From contig CAWDQD010000036.1 of assembly GCA_963804385.1 (NCBI GenBank), positions 13,250 to 77,249 on the forward strand: a stretch of DNA of 64,000 nucleotides. The letters are read 5' to 3'. Source of the DNA: an uncultured Candidatus Micrarchaeota archaeon. GTDB taxonomy: Archaea; Micrarchaeota; Micrarchaeia; Anstonellales; Bilamarchaeaceae. Below are positions 43,431 to 52,422 of the stretch, piece after piece (position 1 is the first letter of the stretch; each line of letters opens with the position of its first letter). Below the pieces are notes generated by a model that worked only from the letters and a program-made list of their open reading frames with translations, had not been told where the DNA came from and ran no database searches. Position numbers and translations under genes: made by a program.

Positions 43431-44960
43431 TCACAATCCCTTCGCCATATAGTATCCTTCGCGCGAGTACCCGAATTTCCGGTAATAATCCCGCACGCCG
43501 ACTCCGCTTATTATCAGCATCTTTTCTTTTCCTGACCCTCGCGCGATCTCTTCGGCCTCTTTCAGCAGATTAGAGCCGATGCCCTTGTGCTGGACCTTTC
43601 CGCGCTGCTCGAGCGGGGCTTCGGACCCGTAAACGTGGAGCTCGCGGATGAGCGCTGCACCTTCAGATGGCAGCCTAAGCCGTATGAAGCCGGCTATCAG
43701 CCCGTCCTCGCTCTCCGATGAAAGGAATACCTCCTTCCCTCCGCTAGCTGCATAATCCATGCGCGCAACGGAGAATGATTTTGGATCGAACCTGCGCCCG
43801 AGCAGGCCTATCTCCCTGGAACGTATCTCTTTTGGGATTACGCCTTTTTCCCTGAGCTTCGCTTCCACGAGCTCCCGGAGATTGCTGTTGCTGACGCCTT
43901 TCTCTATCTTCTGGAGCGGGATATCCCGCTGGATACGCATCACCCGGACGTATTTGGGTATGTTCCGGTACATCTCGGATATCACATCGGCGGCCTCTTC
44001 GGTCGAATACGGAGTATACTTCCCTTCCTTGTACAACGATTCGAGCTCTGTGCCCCCGATTACTAGGGTGGGGTATATCTTGAGCATGTCCGGCCGGAAA
44101 CGTTCGTCCTCGAAAAGCAGCTTCGAGAACGCCACATCCTTGGTCTTATCCGAACCGGGCAATCCGGGCATGATATGGTAGAGGACCTTGAAGGCGGCGT
44201 CCTTGAGCTCCCGGGTCGCATCCGAGACATCCTTCACGGTATGCCCTCGCTTGATGGCCAGGTAGATGTCGTCATCCGGATGCTGGACCCCGAGCTCCAC
44301 GCGCGTCGCCCCGTAGGATAGCATCTCGCCTATATGGCCCACGCAGACGTCCGGCCGGGTCTCGATGGTGAGCCCGATCACCCGATGCATCTTGCCATGC
44401 TCGTTGGCATCTTGCGCGGCCTGGAGCGAATCGGAGCGGAAGCCGTTGAGGCCGTCATAGACGCCTTTGATGAAATTTTGCTTGTAATCCGTATCCGTCT
44501 GGAGGAACGTGCCGCCCATCACTATGACTTCGCATTTGTCGGTCGGATGCCCGGCCTCCTCCAAGGACTTGACGCGGCTCTCAGCCTGGAGATAGGGGTC
44601 GAAATTGAATTGCCTCCCCCGCCGGGCCGCGGGCTCGAATCCGGTATAGCTTTTCGGGGCCAACCCGGCTGCGGGGCAGTATATGCATCCGTGCCTGCAG
44701 GAACCCTGCGGCAGTATCATCACGGCCACGGGCGTCACACCTGAGAGGGTCTTGGTGGGTTTCTTGATGAGCAGCGCCTGTATCTTCGGCGTGAGCTTGC
44801 CCTTCGGGAATAGAGCCAAAATCTCGGAGTTCCTGATGAATGGATCCAAAGCGTATCTGCGCGACGCTTCGTGCTTGAGCAGGCTGAGGTCATACTCACC
44901 TTCGAGAATACGATTGATGATGGAGAGTATCGCTTCCTTCCTGTCGCTGGCCCGGTCCAT
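43431..44960 (-). CDS. elp3: Elp3-family radical SAM/GNAT tRNA wobble-uridine modification enzyme
   Basis: Radical SAM cluster motif CRHGCIYCP and a C-terminal GNAT domain with HKGIGSNLLKEAEEIA. The 509-aa size and domain order are typical of archaeal Elp3. Confidence 0.9.
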   Translation of the reverse strand: MDRASDRKEAILSIINRILEGEYDLSLLKHEASRRYALDPFIRNSEILALFPKGKLTPKIQALLIKKPTKTLSGVTPVAVMILPQGSCRHGCIYCPAAGLAPKSYTGFEPAARRGRQFNFDPYLQAESRVKSLEEAGHPTDKCEVIVMGGTFLQTDTDYKQNFIKGVYDGLNGFRSDSLQAAQDANEHGKMHRVIGLTIETRPDVCVGHIGEMLSYGATRVELGVQHPDDDIYLAIKRGHTVKDVSDATRELKDAAFKVLYHIMPGLPGSDKTKDVAFSKLLFEDERFRPDMLKIYPTLVIGGTELESLYKEGKYTPYSTEEAADVISEMYRNIPKYVRVMRIQRDIPLQKIEKGVSNSNLRELVEAKLREKGVIPKEIRSREIGLLGRRFDPKSFSVARMDYAASGGKEVFLSSESEDGLIAGFIRLRLPSEGAALIRELHVYGSEAPLEQRGKVQHKGIGSNLLKEAEEIARGSGKEKMLIISGVGVRDYYRKFGYSREGYYMAKGL

Positions 44961-45030
44961 GAATTATACTCAGTCTGACGATTTTTAAAAAAGATTAGAA
45001 AGGCTAGGAAAAAGATGGTGGGGGGTTTCT

Positions 45031-45109
45031 ATTATCCCCACAGGTATCAGTCTTGTGTGTGGGTATAACTGTTATCCCCACATTATTTAAACTTTATTGT
45101 GGGTATAAC
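45031..45109. promoter_or_regulatory. Four-site operator-like array overlapping the fic promoter
   Basis: Four sites: TTATCCCCACA (45032-45042), TGTGGGTATAAC (45058-45069), GTTATCCCCACA (45071-45082) and TGTGGGTATAAC (45098-45109). They form two inverted repeats with 15-nt spacers, joined head to head by a 1-nt spacer. The second spacer contains TTTAAA about 30 nt upstream of ATG 45121. Confidence 0.6.
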
Positions 45110-45120
45110 TACGTGGTCCG

Positions 45121-46086
45121 ATGCCGATAAAGAAACGCAACGTCAGGGGAAAAACATATTACTACTTGGAGAAGAACATCCGTATAGGGGAAAATGCGTG
45201 GAAGACGTTCTCTATCTACATTGGTTCCAAAAAACCCGCAACGCCCGGAGTAGCGAAGCTGGAAAGGAGATTGGGACGGGATATTGCCGCGTTCATAAGA
45301 AATCAGATTTTGAAGCCTAAAACGCGGTTTATAGACGCGAAAACAGCCCTGAAACTGGAAAGAATCAGGACGTCCCACCGGAGAGCACTTGCTGCCTTGG
45401 ATAAGGCTAGCAGGGAAAACTACCTCCAAAGGCAACGGGAGATTTTCATCACCAATACAAATGCCATCGAAGGAAGCCGATTGACATTCGAGCAGACAAA
45501 AAAGATACTTGGGCTAAAAAAGGGTTACGAAACGCAGAACAGAGAAGAACTCGAAGTCACCAACATGGAGCGGTGCCTTGAACTGTATGATAGACTATTG
45601 GGGCAAAAGGCAGGACTTAATGAAAAAATCGTACTCAGACTGCATTTGATGCTACTGAAAGCGATACCGGATTATGAAGGATATGCAGGCGTCTGGCGGC
45701 CCGTCGATGTTTATATCAGGGACTCGGAATATGAATTTCCTGCATGGAAAGATGTTCCCAAGCTCATGGCGGATCTTTTGGAATGGTATGACGAAAACAA
45801 GGATAGTGTGCATCCGGTGGAATTGGCAGCCATATTCCATGCCAAGTTTGTCACAATACATCCTTTTGCGGACGGCAACGGGAGGATGGCCCGCCTTCTC
45901 ATGAATTACATACTGCAGATGAACGGTTTCTCATTCACGGACATTCCTTTTTCGAAGAGAGACGAATATTTTGAAACGCAGGAAGAAGGCCACTTCGGAA
46001 AGCACGGGCCGTTCGTCCGGTTTTTAGTGAACCAGATAAAAGCCCAGTTCGCAGAACTAAGGAAAAGAACTATGAAGCGGAGATGA
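45121..46086 (+). CDS. fic: Fic-family protein (AMPylase/Fido domain)
   Basis: The canonical Fic motif HPFADGNGRMARLL is present. The gene has lower GC than its surroundings. Confidence 0.9.
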   Translation: MPIKKRNVRGKTYYYLEKNIRIGENAWKTFSIYIGSKKPATPGVAKLERRLGRDIAAFIRNQILKPKTRFIDAKTALKLERIRTSHRRALAALDKASRENYLQRQREIFITNTNAIEGSRLTFEQTKKILGLKKGYETQNREELEVTNMERCLELYDRLLGQKAGLNEKIVLRLHLMLLKAIPDYEGYAGVWRPVDVYIRDSEYEFPAWKDVPKLMADLLEWYDENKDSVHPVELAAIFHAKFVTIHPFADGNGRMARLLMNYILQMNGFSFTDIPFSKRDEYFETQEEGHFGKHGPFVRFLVNQIKAQFAELRKRTMKRR

Positions 46087-46104
46087 ATTTACCGGCCGAC
46101 TCCA

Positions 46105-46908
46105 TCAGAAGAAATTCGAGATGAGCCCGGCGATCGAGTACGGCAGGCTCTCGAATATGGGGAACACGACGACTCCGTCGTTCGTGGCTTTCCAGTCCCC
46201 GATGAGGGTGGATTTAACGACCAATGTCACGTTCTGCTCTCCGGATATCTTGGAGCTCGCGAGCGAGACCACGCGGATCGGGGTCGTGTACGTCTGCTCC
46301 TCCTGGCCGACGATCTCGTAATAGAGCGTCTTGGAGCTCTCTGCAGGAACGAAGACCTGCCTGTCGAACGCCCAGCGTTTGGCTCCGGTGGCGCTCACAT
46401 CGAACGCGTCCCCGGTAGCACCGGTGTTTGTGATGTTTATCGCGAAACGCGCTGGCTGGCCGGGGCCGACTTCCAGGTAGTTTGGAGACACCGCGAAGCT
46501 CATTACGTCGTAGGTCACGTGTATCTCCACCGTGAATGTGAAATTACCGAGCTGCTCTCCGTTGTGCTCGTTGATGGCGACTATCTGCGCGGAATAATTG
46601 CCTTCGGTGGCGTTGGGATCCGCGGTTATCGTGACCTGGAGCGGGTTCTGGTACAGCGTGCTGCCCTGGCTCGTCCAGCCGCGCGGAAGGCCCGTCGCGA
46701 CGGCAGAATCGTACGTCCCTCCCTGGCCGTAGATGCCGCCGGCGGTGGCTATGGGGTTTAACAGGATGGATATCGTCTGGCCCGGGCCGATGGTGCCTAG
46801 GTCTATGACCGCCCCGCTCTGGACGTTGGATATGGCCGGGGATACGAGGTCTATCGCGAAAGACATTGAAAGCAGCAGGAGGGCTGCAACGATAATGCGT
46901 CTGAACAT
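46105..46908 (-). CDS. Secreted surface protein with two Ig/CARDB-like beta-sandwich domains and a C-terminal anchor
   Basis: Signal peptide MFRRIIVAALLLLSMSFA, two roughly 100-aa Thr/Val/Asn-rich repeats (LQVTITADPNATEGNYSAQIVAINE and ARFAINITNTGATGDAFDVSA), and a hydrophobic C-terminus VVVFPIFESLPYSIAGLISNFF. Confidence 0.5.
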   Translation of the reverse strand: MFRRIIVAALLLLSMSFAIDLVSPAISNVQSGAVIDLGTIGPGQTISILLNPIATAGGIYGQGGTYDSAVATGLPRGWTSQGSTLYQNPLQVTITADPNATEGNYSAQIVAINEHNGEQLGNFTFTVEIHVTYDVMSFAVSPNYLEVGPGQPARFAINITNTGATGDAFDVSATGAKRWAFDRQVFVPAESSKTLYYEIVGQEEQTYTTPIRVVSLASSKISGEQNVTLVVKSTLIGDWKATNDGVVVFPIFESLPYSIAGLISNFF

Positions 46909-46944
46909 GGAACCACTATCTCTATCAAGGATTAAAAAGTTGTC

Positions 46945-48447
46945 TTAGATGAACGCTTCAACGTTCTTCTCCTTCTTCTCGGCCTTATCCTCGAACTCTA
47001 TCGCCTGCAGATGGAGCGGCGCGCCTTTCTCGCGCTTCTTCGACTTCCGGTCGCGGACGCGAATGAATACCGGGGAATTGACCGCTTCGCCCACCAGGAT
47101 GGCTTCGCCGACCTTGAGCCCGCTGATGCTTTTGGCCACCCTCGCATCTATCCCTTCCGAGCTCATCTGGATATGGTCCAGGTCGTTCGGGTTGGTGACG
47201 CGGAGGATTATATGAGTGTTGCACTGGGAAAGCGCGGTGGTGCTCAGGTTCACGGGCCGCTGGCTTATCAGGCAGAGCGATGCGCCGAATTTCCTGCCTT
47301 CTCTCGCGATGGTCTCTATTATGCTCCGCGACACCGCTTCGCTCGCTTCGGCCTTCTCCCTCGCGAAATTGTGCGCTTCCTCTATGAGGAGCATGAATGG
47401 CGGTATCTTCCCTTTCTTCCGGAGGTTGAAGAGCCGCCTCGCTATCAGGGAGACCAGGATCTGCTTCTTCCGCAGCGAATCGATGTCGTTGAGGTCCAGT
47501 ATGAGGAGGTTGCCCGGCTTGATATCAGTGAGGAGCCGGGGATTCTCCGTTTTCTCTGATAGGAAATGATAGCGTTTGAGCTCGGACATGCTGCGCTTGA
47601 GGGCGCGCTTCACATCCTCTTTCGATATGTCCGCGGATTCGATCGTATCCATCAGGTCCTTGAAACCGTATGCGTCCTTCTTCTCTTTCTTGAGCGAGAC
47701 GAGCGCGTGCCGCAGGACGTCGCGCTGCGGGGCGGACAGGTTCGGGACCCATTCCATCATCGTCTCGGGCGCCACTTTCTTCAATGGGATGGTTATGTCC
47801 GAGCCTTCGATGACTTTCGTCTGCTTCCCGTAGACCGGGTCATGCAGGAAACCTGAATACTCGCCATGTATGTCGATTATGACCACGGCTATCCTCCCCT
47901 CTTCTTTCTTCCGGTCCAGGAGCTCTTCGAGCAGGACGCTCGCCAGGTGGGATTTGCCCGCGCCGCTCATGGCCAATATCGCGAGGTGCTTCTGGAGAAG
48001 GCGGGTCATGGAAACCTGCGCGGCGACATCGTGATGCTCGATGGACCCGAGATTGAGTCCGTTGTCCTCGAAACCCAGGAAAGCGCGGAGCATGGCGGGA
48101 TCCGCACCCTGGACGCTGGCGCCCGGAGACGGGGGGGAGAACGCCCGCTCGAATCGCCCCTTATCGAATACGCCTAGGATCTTCACATTGCCGACGACGT
48201 ATTCCCATGAATCCGAAGGGAACTGCGCCGCCATCCCGCTCCCTTTCTCGAACTCGGCCACGCTCTCAGCGCGCTCGAAATAGCGGTTCGACTTGTAGAC
48301 TTCCGAGACGAAGCCGAAGAGCTCGCCCTGGCGGTGCTTGACCTGGACGTATTGGCCTTTGTTGACCTCGTGCTTGAGGACGAACGAGAACTCGGATGTG
48401 GAAGGCGACTCTTCTTCGGTGATTATGATGCCCAAGGATTCGGCCAT
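46945..48447 (-). CDS. herA: HerA-like (DUF87/COG0433) hexameric ATPase
   Basis: N-terminal HAS-barrel-like segment (GQYVQVKHRQGELFGFVSEV), Walker A ILAMSGAGKSH and Walker B LLIEEAHNF. The 500-aa size fits the family. Confidence 0.8.
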   Translation of the reverse strand: MAESLGIIITEEESPSTSEFSFVLKHEVNKGQYVQVKHRQGELFGFVSEVYKSNRYFERAESVAEFEKGSGMAAQFPSDSWEYVVGNVKILGVFDKGRFERAFSPPSPGASVQGADPAMLRAFLGFEDNGLNLGSIEHHDVAAQVSMTRLLQKHLAILAMSGAGKSHLASVLLEELLDRKKEEGRIAVVIIDIHGEYSGFLHDPVYGKQTKVIEGSDITIPLKKVAPETMMEWVPNLSAPQRDVLRHALVSLKKEKKDAYGFKDLMDTIESADISKEDVKRALKRSMSELKRYHFLSEKTENPRLLTDIKPGNLLILDLNDIDSLRKKQILVSLIARRLFNLRKKGKIPPFMLLIEEAHNFAREKAEASEAVSRSIIETIAREGRKFGASLCLISQRPVNLSTTALSQCNTHIILRVTNPNDLDHIQMSSEGIDARVAKSISGLKVGEAILVGEAVNSPVFIRVRDRKSKKREKGAPLHLQAIEFEDKAEKKEKNVEAFI

Positions 48448-48490
48448 GCATGATATATCCGGCTGAAATTAAAAAAGCCTTCTGAAGACA

Positions 48491-48985
48491 TCAGCCGCTG
48501 AACGCCCTTCGCTTGCGCATATGATTTTCTGGGCGGACGTGGGGTTTTCTCTGTATATCGGTCACGGATGGGACTCCGCACTGCGGGATGACCCGATCCA
48601 CCGCATTGCCGCGCAATTGGGGCACATATGGCTGCAGATGACCCTCCACCTGAGTGACCCCTGAGAGCGAACCGTCATTATGGACATGCGCCATGGAAAA
48701 ATGCTTGGGCTGCGGCATGCGTTCGAAGAAGTACAATGTCGGTTGGGCCGAAGGGATCCCGACCAGCTCCACCGCTTCCACGGATTCGATCTTCTCGAAT
48801 CCCATCTTATCGAGCATCCTCCGATCTGGGGCTTTGGGCATCTCCGTCTCCAATGCTTTCGGGACGATCAACACCCCTACGGATGGCTTCAGCCTCCCGT
48901 CCCTCCTGAATCCGACGATGACGTAGGCCTTCCCTTTCGGTGTAGCCTCCGCGGATTCTGCCGCGTCGGTATGTGTGTCGCTCAT
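48491..48985 (-). CDS. Hypothetical protein
   Basis: A 164-aa ORF with coding-like composition and no recognisable motif. Confidence 0.3.
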   Translation of the reverse strand: MSDTHTDAAESAEATPKGKAYVIVGFRRDGRLKPSVGVLIVPKALETEMPKAPDRRMLDKMGFEKIESVEAVELVGIPSAQPTLYFFERMPQPKHFSMAHVHNDGSLSGVTQVEGHLQPYVPQLRGNAVDRVIPQCGVPSVTDIQRKPHVRPENHMRKRRAFSG

Positions 48986-49031
48986 TGGGCAACAACCTGG
49001 ATGTTAGTATTTATATTATTATGTAACCAGG

Positions 49032-49514
49032 CTATTCGAAGTTCATCCTTCCGAATTTTATGAAAAGTGGCGAGTCCTGCTCGGGGTCCACCACGGCTAT
49101 CGCGAGCTCTTTCCTCAAGCGCCCTGCAGCCTCGAGCGAGAGAATGAGGTCCTCCGGAGTCGCCTTCCAGGTCTTCGGGACCACTTCTATCAGGTAGTAG
49201 GTCTTATCCTCTCCGGGCCGGTAGCCCTTGCGGTGGAGCCTCAGGTAAGGCGTGCCGTCCAGGCTGGGCCTCACGATATATCCCCGGTCCCGCAGGAACT
49301 TGAGCACGAAATATTTCTCGTTCGCGAGCGGATCGGTCTTCAATGCCCGTTTGAGGAGCTCGTCCTTGTCCATCGGCAGCACCTTGCGGTCCGCGAAATA
49401 AGCCGCCTCGAGAAGCGATACTTTCGTCTCGTCGGCTTCCTCCACCCCGGCCCCGAGGCTGCGCATCTTCAGTATGAGCGGCTTGTCCTTGAGGATGATA
49501 TAGTCGTCAGTCAT
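49032..49514 (-). CDS. tRNA-splicing endonuclease family protein (EndA-like, catalytic residues apparently substituted)
   Basis: SLLEAAYFADRKVL, KYFVLKFLRDRGYIVRPS, YLRLHRKG...YYLIEV and LRKELAIAVVD parallel the EndA blocks LSLVEALYL, KYLVYKDLRTRGYIVK, FRLYERG...HSVYLVKV and VRKKLLIAIVD. The comparison to M. jannaschii EndA is from memory. Confidence 0.55.
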   Translation of the reverse strand: MTDDYIILKDKPLILKMRSLGAGVEEADETKVSLLEAAYFADRKVLPMDKDELLKRALKTDPLANEKYFVLKFLRDRGYIVRPSLDGTPYLRLHRKGYRPGEDKTYYLIEVVPKTWKATPEDLILSLEAAGRLRKELAIAVVDPEQDSPLFIKFGRMNFE

Positions 49515-49964
49515 TCAGATCCCGCTGTCTTTCCCTGTCTTCGTGTTTATGTCTCCGAGTATCGCCACGAGGTCCGAGTGCTTCACGTCATTCATGCGGA
49601 TGGCGACATTCCCGCCTCCGGCCGTGGATATGTTGAGGTTCCCGACGCCGAAAATCCGCTGGATGATGGTCTGGGTGAAGCTAGCCTCGGTCACCCTGGC
49701 GTATGGGATGATTATCTTCCGGGTGGAGAGCACGCCGCCCTTGTATGTGATGACCTGGTCGTCGAGTTCGATGCTGTAGAACTTCGAGCGGATGAAAGCC
49801 ACCAGGATGAAGAACAATGCAGCGAGCCAGCAGATGGCGAAGGCTTGGATCAGGAAATCACCCAATGCATCCCTGAGGAGATAGATGGCTCCGCTCACGA
49901 TGACCCCTAGCAGGAGAAGCTTCGCCATCGCGACGGCGGGATAGGGATTAAAAGCATGCGACAT
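49515..49964 (-). CDS. Membrane protein with a bacterial-type PH (bPH_2/YdbS-like) domain
   Basis: Two N-terminal TMs followed by YSIELDDQVITYKGGVLSTRKIIIPYARVTEASFTQTIIQRIFGVGNLNISTAGG. Confidence 0.65.
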   Translation of the reverse strand: MSHAFNPYPAVAMAKLLLLGVIVSGAIYLLRDALGDFLIQAFAICWLAALFFILVAFIRSKFYSIELDDQVITYKGGVLSTRKIIIPYARVTEASFTQTIIQRIFGVGNLNISTAGGGNVAIRMNDVKHSDLVAILGDINTKTGKDSGI

Positions 49965-50015
49965 AGGTTGAGCTAGGACAAAATACTATATAAAACGTTC
50001 AGCGGGTGTGTATTC

Positions 50016-50432
50016 ATGCTTGTGATATTCACGGACGGGGCTTCATTCGGGAATCCGGGCCCGATGGGCATCGGGATCGTGATCTACAAGGACGGGATCC
50101 GGATAGAGGAGCTCAGCGAATACATCGGCAACGGCACCAACAACATCGCCGAGTACTCGGCTGTCATAAAGGCCCTCGAGACGGTGCACAGACTGGGCGA
50201 GTTGGAAGCGCAGGTTAAAAGCGACAGCCAGCTTGTCGTGAGGCAGCTCAACGGCGAGTACAAGGTGCGGGACATGGATCTGCGCGAGCTCAAGAGGAGG
50301 GTGGACGAGCTCTGCCACGGATTGAAGGTGCAGTTCGAGCACATACCCCGCGAGCGCAACAGCGAAGCCGATTCGCTTTCGAAAGAAGGCGCTGAGATAG
50401 GCAAGAAGAGGATGCTCCATGAAGATAAATGA
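50016..50432 (+). CDS. rnhA: Ribonuclease HI
   Basis: The DEDD context is present: FTDGAS, NNIAEYSAVIKALE, SDSQLVV and ERNSEADSLS. Confidence 0.85.
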   Translation: MLVIFTDGASFGNPGPMGIGIVIYKDGIRIEELSEYIGNGTNNIAEYSAVIKALETVHRLGELEAQVKSDSQLVVRQLNGEYKVRDMDLRELKRRVDELCHGLKVQFEHIPRERNSEADSLSKEGAEIGKKRMLHEDK

Positions 50433-51567
50433 CAATCCGGCCCTCGGGCGGTACATGACCTTCGATCTCTCTAAAGAGAAACCGATCCACGGCTGGTTCT
50501 GGTACAAGGAAGGCTTCGCCCCGGAGCTCGTCAGATGGGCTATCGACGATTACCGTGCAAGGACGGCCATGGAACCCAAAGACGTCCTCGACCCGTTCTG
50601 CGGCGTCGGGACCACGCTCTTGTCGGCCAAGGAAGCCAGCCTGCAGTCCGCTGGAGTGGACGCATCCCCCCTGGCCGTTTTCGTATCGAAGGTCAAGACC
50701 CAGGATTATGAAGCCGGGGAGCTTGAAGCCGCGCTCGCTTTCCTGGATAAGAGGCTGACCCCGGTCGAAGCTGACTGGCAGTTCGAGCTGTTCAGCCCGC
50801 GGGCCGCTTTCCCGAAACGCAATTACAACGAGATCCTGGCCCTGCGCGCTGCCATAGAGCAGGAAGAGGGCAAGACCATGGAGCTGCTACTCTTCGCGCT
50901 GCTTTCCGTGATCCCGCAGGCGAGCATCATACTCAAGGACGGCGGCGTGCTCAAGATCATGAAGGACAAGAGGGCGCTCCCCGCGCGCGAGATATTCAGG
51001 CGGAAAGTCAAGAGGATGGTCCGCGAGCTCCAGACCGCGACGGTCGGCCACGTGCCGCAGGTTTTCCTCGGAGACGCCCGTGCGCTCGACATCCCCGGAG
51101 AAGAGGTGGATCTGGTGGTCACATCGCCGCCTTACCTGAACAACGTGGACTATTCCAAGATATACGGGCTCGAGCTCAGCCTCCTCCATATGAGCAAGGC
51201 CGAGGCGGAAGGGATGAGGATGCGCGCCATCCGATCTTTCATCGGGAAGCAGATGGCCGTAACGGAGATGCCGCCCGAAGTCGGAGAGATAGGGGACAAG
51301 ATACCGATAATCGGCACCTATTTCAAGGATATGGAAGGCGCGATGGCGGAGATGCTCCGGGTCCTGAGGCCGGGCGGCGTCGCTTATGTCAACGTCTCCA
51401 ATTCCGTCATACACGAGACGCATGTCATAGTGGATGAGGTGTTCGCGGACATCGCGCTGCGCCTCGGATTCTCCGATGCCGAGATAGTGGTGGGAGCGGA
51501 ACGCATTGCGGACGTGCGGCCGCAGAAAGTGAAGACCAGGGAAAGCGTAGTGATCATGAGGAAATGA
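50419..51567 (+). CDS. Putative N6-adenine/N4-cytosine DNA methyltransferase (SPPY motif), orphan
   Basis: SAM motif I VLDPFCGVGTTLLSA precedes the catalytic motif IV VVTSPPYLNNVDY. The N-terminal IHGWFWYKEGFAPELV resembles DUF1156/COG1743-type methylases. No restriction endonuclease is adjacent. It overlaps rnhA by 14 nt. Confidence 0.6.
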   Translation: MKINDNPALGRYMTFDLSKEKPIHGWFWYKEGFAPELVRWAIDDYRARTAMEPKDVLDPFCGVGTTLLSAKEASLQSAGVDASPLAVFVSKVKTQDYEAGELEAALAFLDKRLTPVEADWQFELFSPRAAFPKRNYNEILALRAAIEQEEGKTMELLLFALLSVIPQASIILKDGGVLKIMKDKRALPAREIFRRKVKRMVRELQTATVGHVPQVFLGDARALDIPGEEVDLVVTSPPYLNNVDYSKIYGLELSLLHMSKAEAEGMRMRAIRSFIGKQMAVTEMPPEVGEIGDKIPIIGTYFKDMEGAMAEMLRVLRPGGVAYVNVSNSVIHETHVIVDEVFADIALRLGFSDAEIVVGAERIADVRPQKVKTRESVVIMRK

Positions 51568-51576
51568 ACGCTATTA

Positions 51577-52326
51577 TCACTCTGCGATTTCCGGCGCGTA
51601 TGGCAAGGCCACCTTATCCCAGAGGTACTTGTGGAATCCTATATAATTCTGCGCGATCTCCTTGTTTTCTATTACGAATGAGAATGCCTCTTCTTCCCAG
51701 GATACGTTCGCAACCTTATTCCCGTAGATGTAGACCACAACAGGATTCCCGCTGAACTCCTTCGGCAGAATCTTGACATGCATCAGTTTCTTTTCCGGAA
51801 GCGGGTCGTTCCTGTATTCGTATCGCACAAGATTATACCATGCAATTCCAGCCTCAATCCTTCTCTTGTTATATCTGGGCCAGTAATATTTCAGCATGTT
51901 CGGTATGAACCAAGTGCCTCCAATGAACCTTATGGAATTGTAATTCAGGCTGTCCTCCAAGATAGCCTTGATTCCTTCCTTACCCCTATAGATTTCGGCA
52001 CTGATACGGGGTTTGTAGCTTTCATATAGGCTCTTTATCTCTGGAAGTTGTGCCTCAAGGCGACCTAGCGATTCCCGCCGTTTCCCAATCTCGTCGGATA
52101 TCATGCTCGGATTTGATACATTGTATACCCTTTTGCCGCGTTCCATGGTATATCCGACAAATCCCTTCTCGATCAGCTTGTTCAGGATGTCATAGATATT
52201 GCGCCGTTCTATACCTGTTTTCTCATGGATTTGATTGAGCGTCGCGACTCCGGTTCCCAAAACCGCGGCATAGACCCTGCGTTCGCCGTTGCTCAGACCG
52301 AGTTCAGAAAAAAGTTCAAGGTCCAT
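51577..52326 (-). CDS. TrmB-family transcriptional regulator
   Basis: The N-terminal winged HTH LGLSNGERRVYAAVLGTGVATLNQIHEKTGIERRNIYDILNKLIEKGFV is followed by a C-terminal effector-like domain. The gene is AT-richer than its surroundings. Confidence 0.75.
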   Translation of the reverse strand: MDLELFSELGLSNGERRVYAAVLGTGVATLNQIHEKTGIERRNIYDILNKLIEKGFVGYTMERGKRVYNVSNPSMISDEIGKRRESLGRLEAQLPEIKSLYESYKPRISAEIYRGKEGIKAILEDSLNYNSIRFIGGTWFIPNMLKYYWPRYNKRRIEAGIAWYNLVRYEYRNDPLPEKKLMHVKILPKEFSGNPVVVYIYGNKVANVSWEEEAFSFVIENKEIAQNYIGFHKYLWDKVALPYAPEIAE

Positions 52327-52422
52327 GGATTATTCTTCCCGATAGAATTTATAATTATGGTGTTGCCCAATACCACGAATCATTAAATACATTTAAGTCT
52401 TCCATATACCACTGGTGATCGA

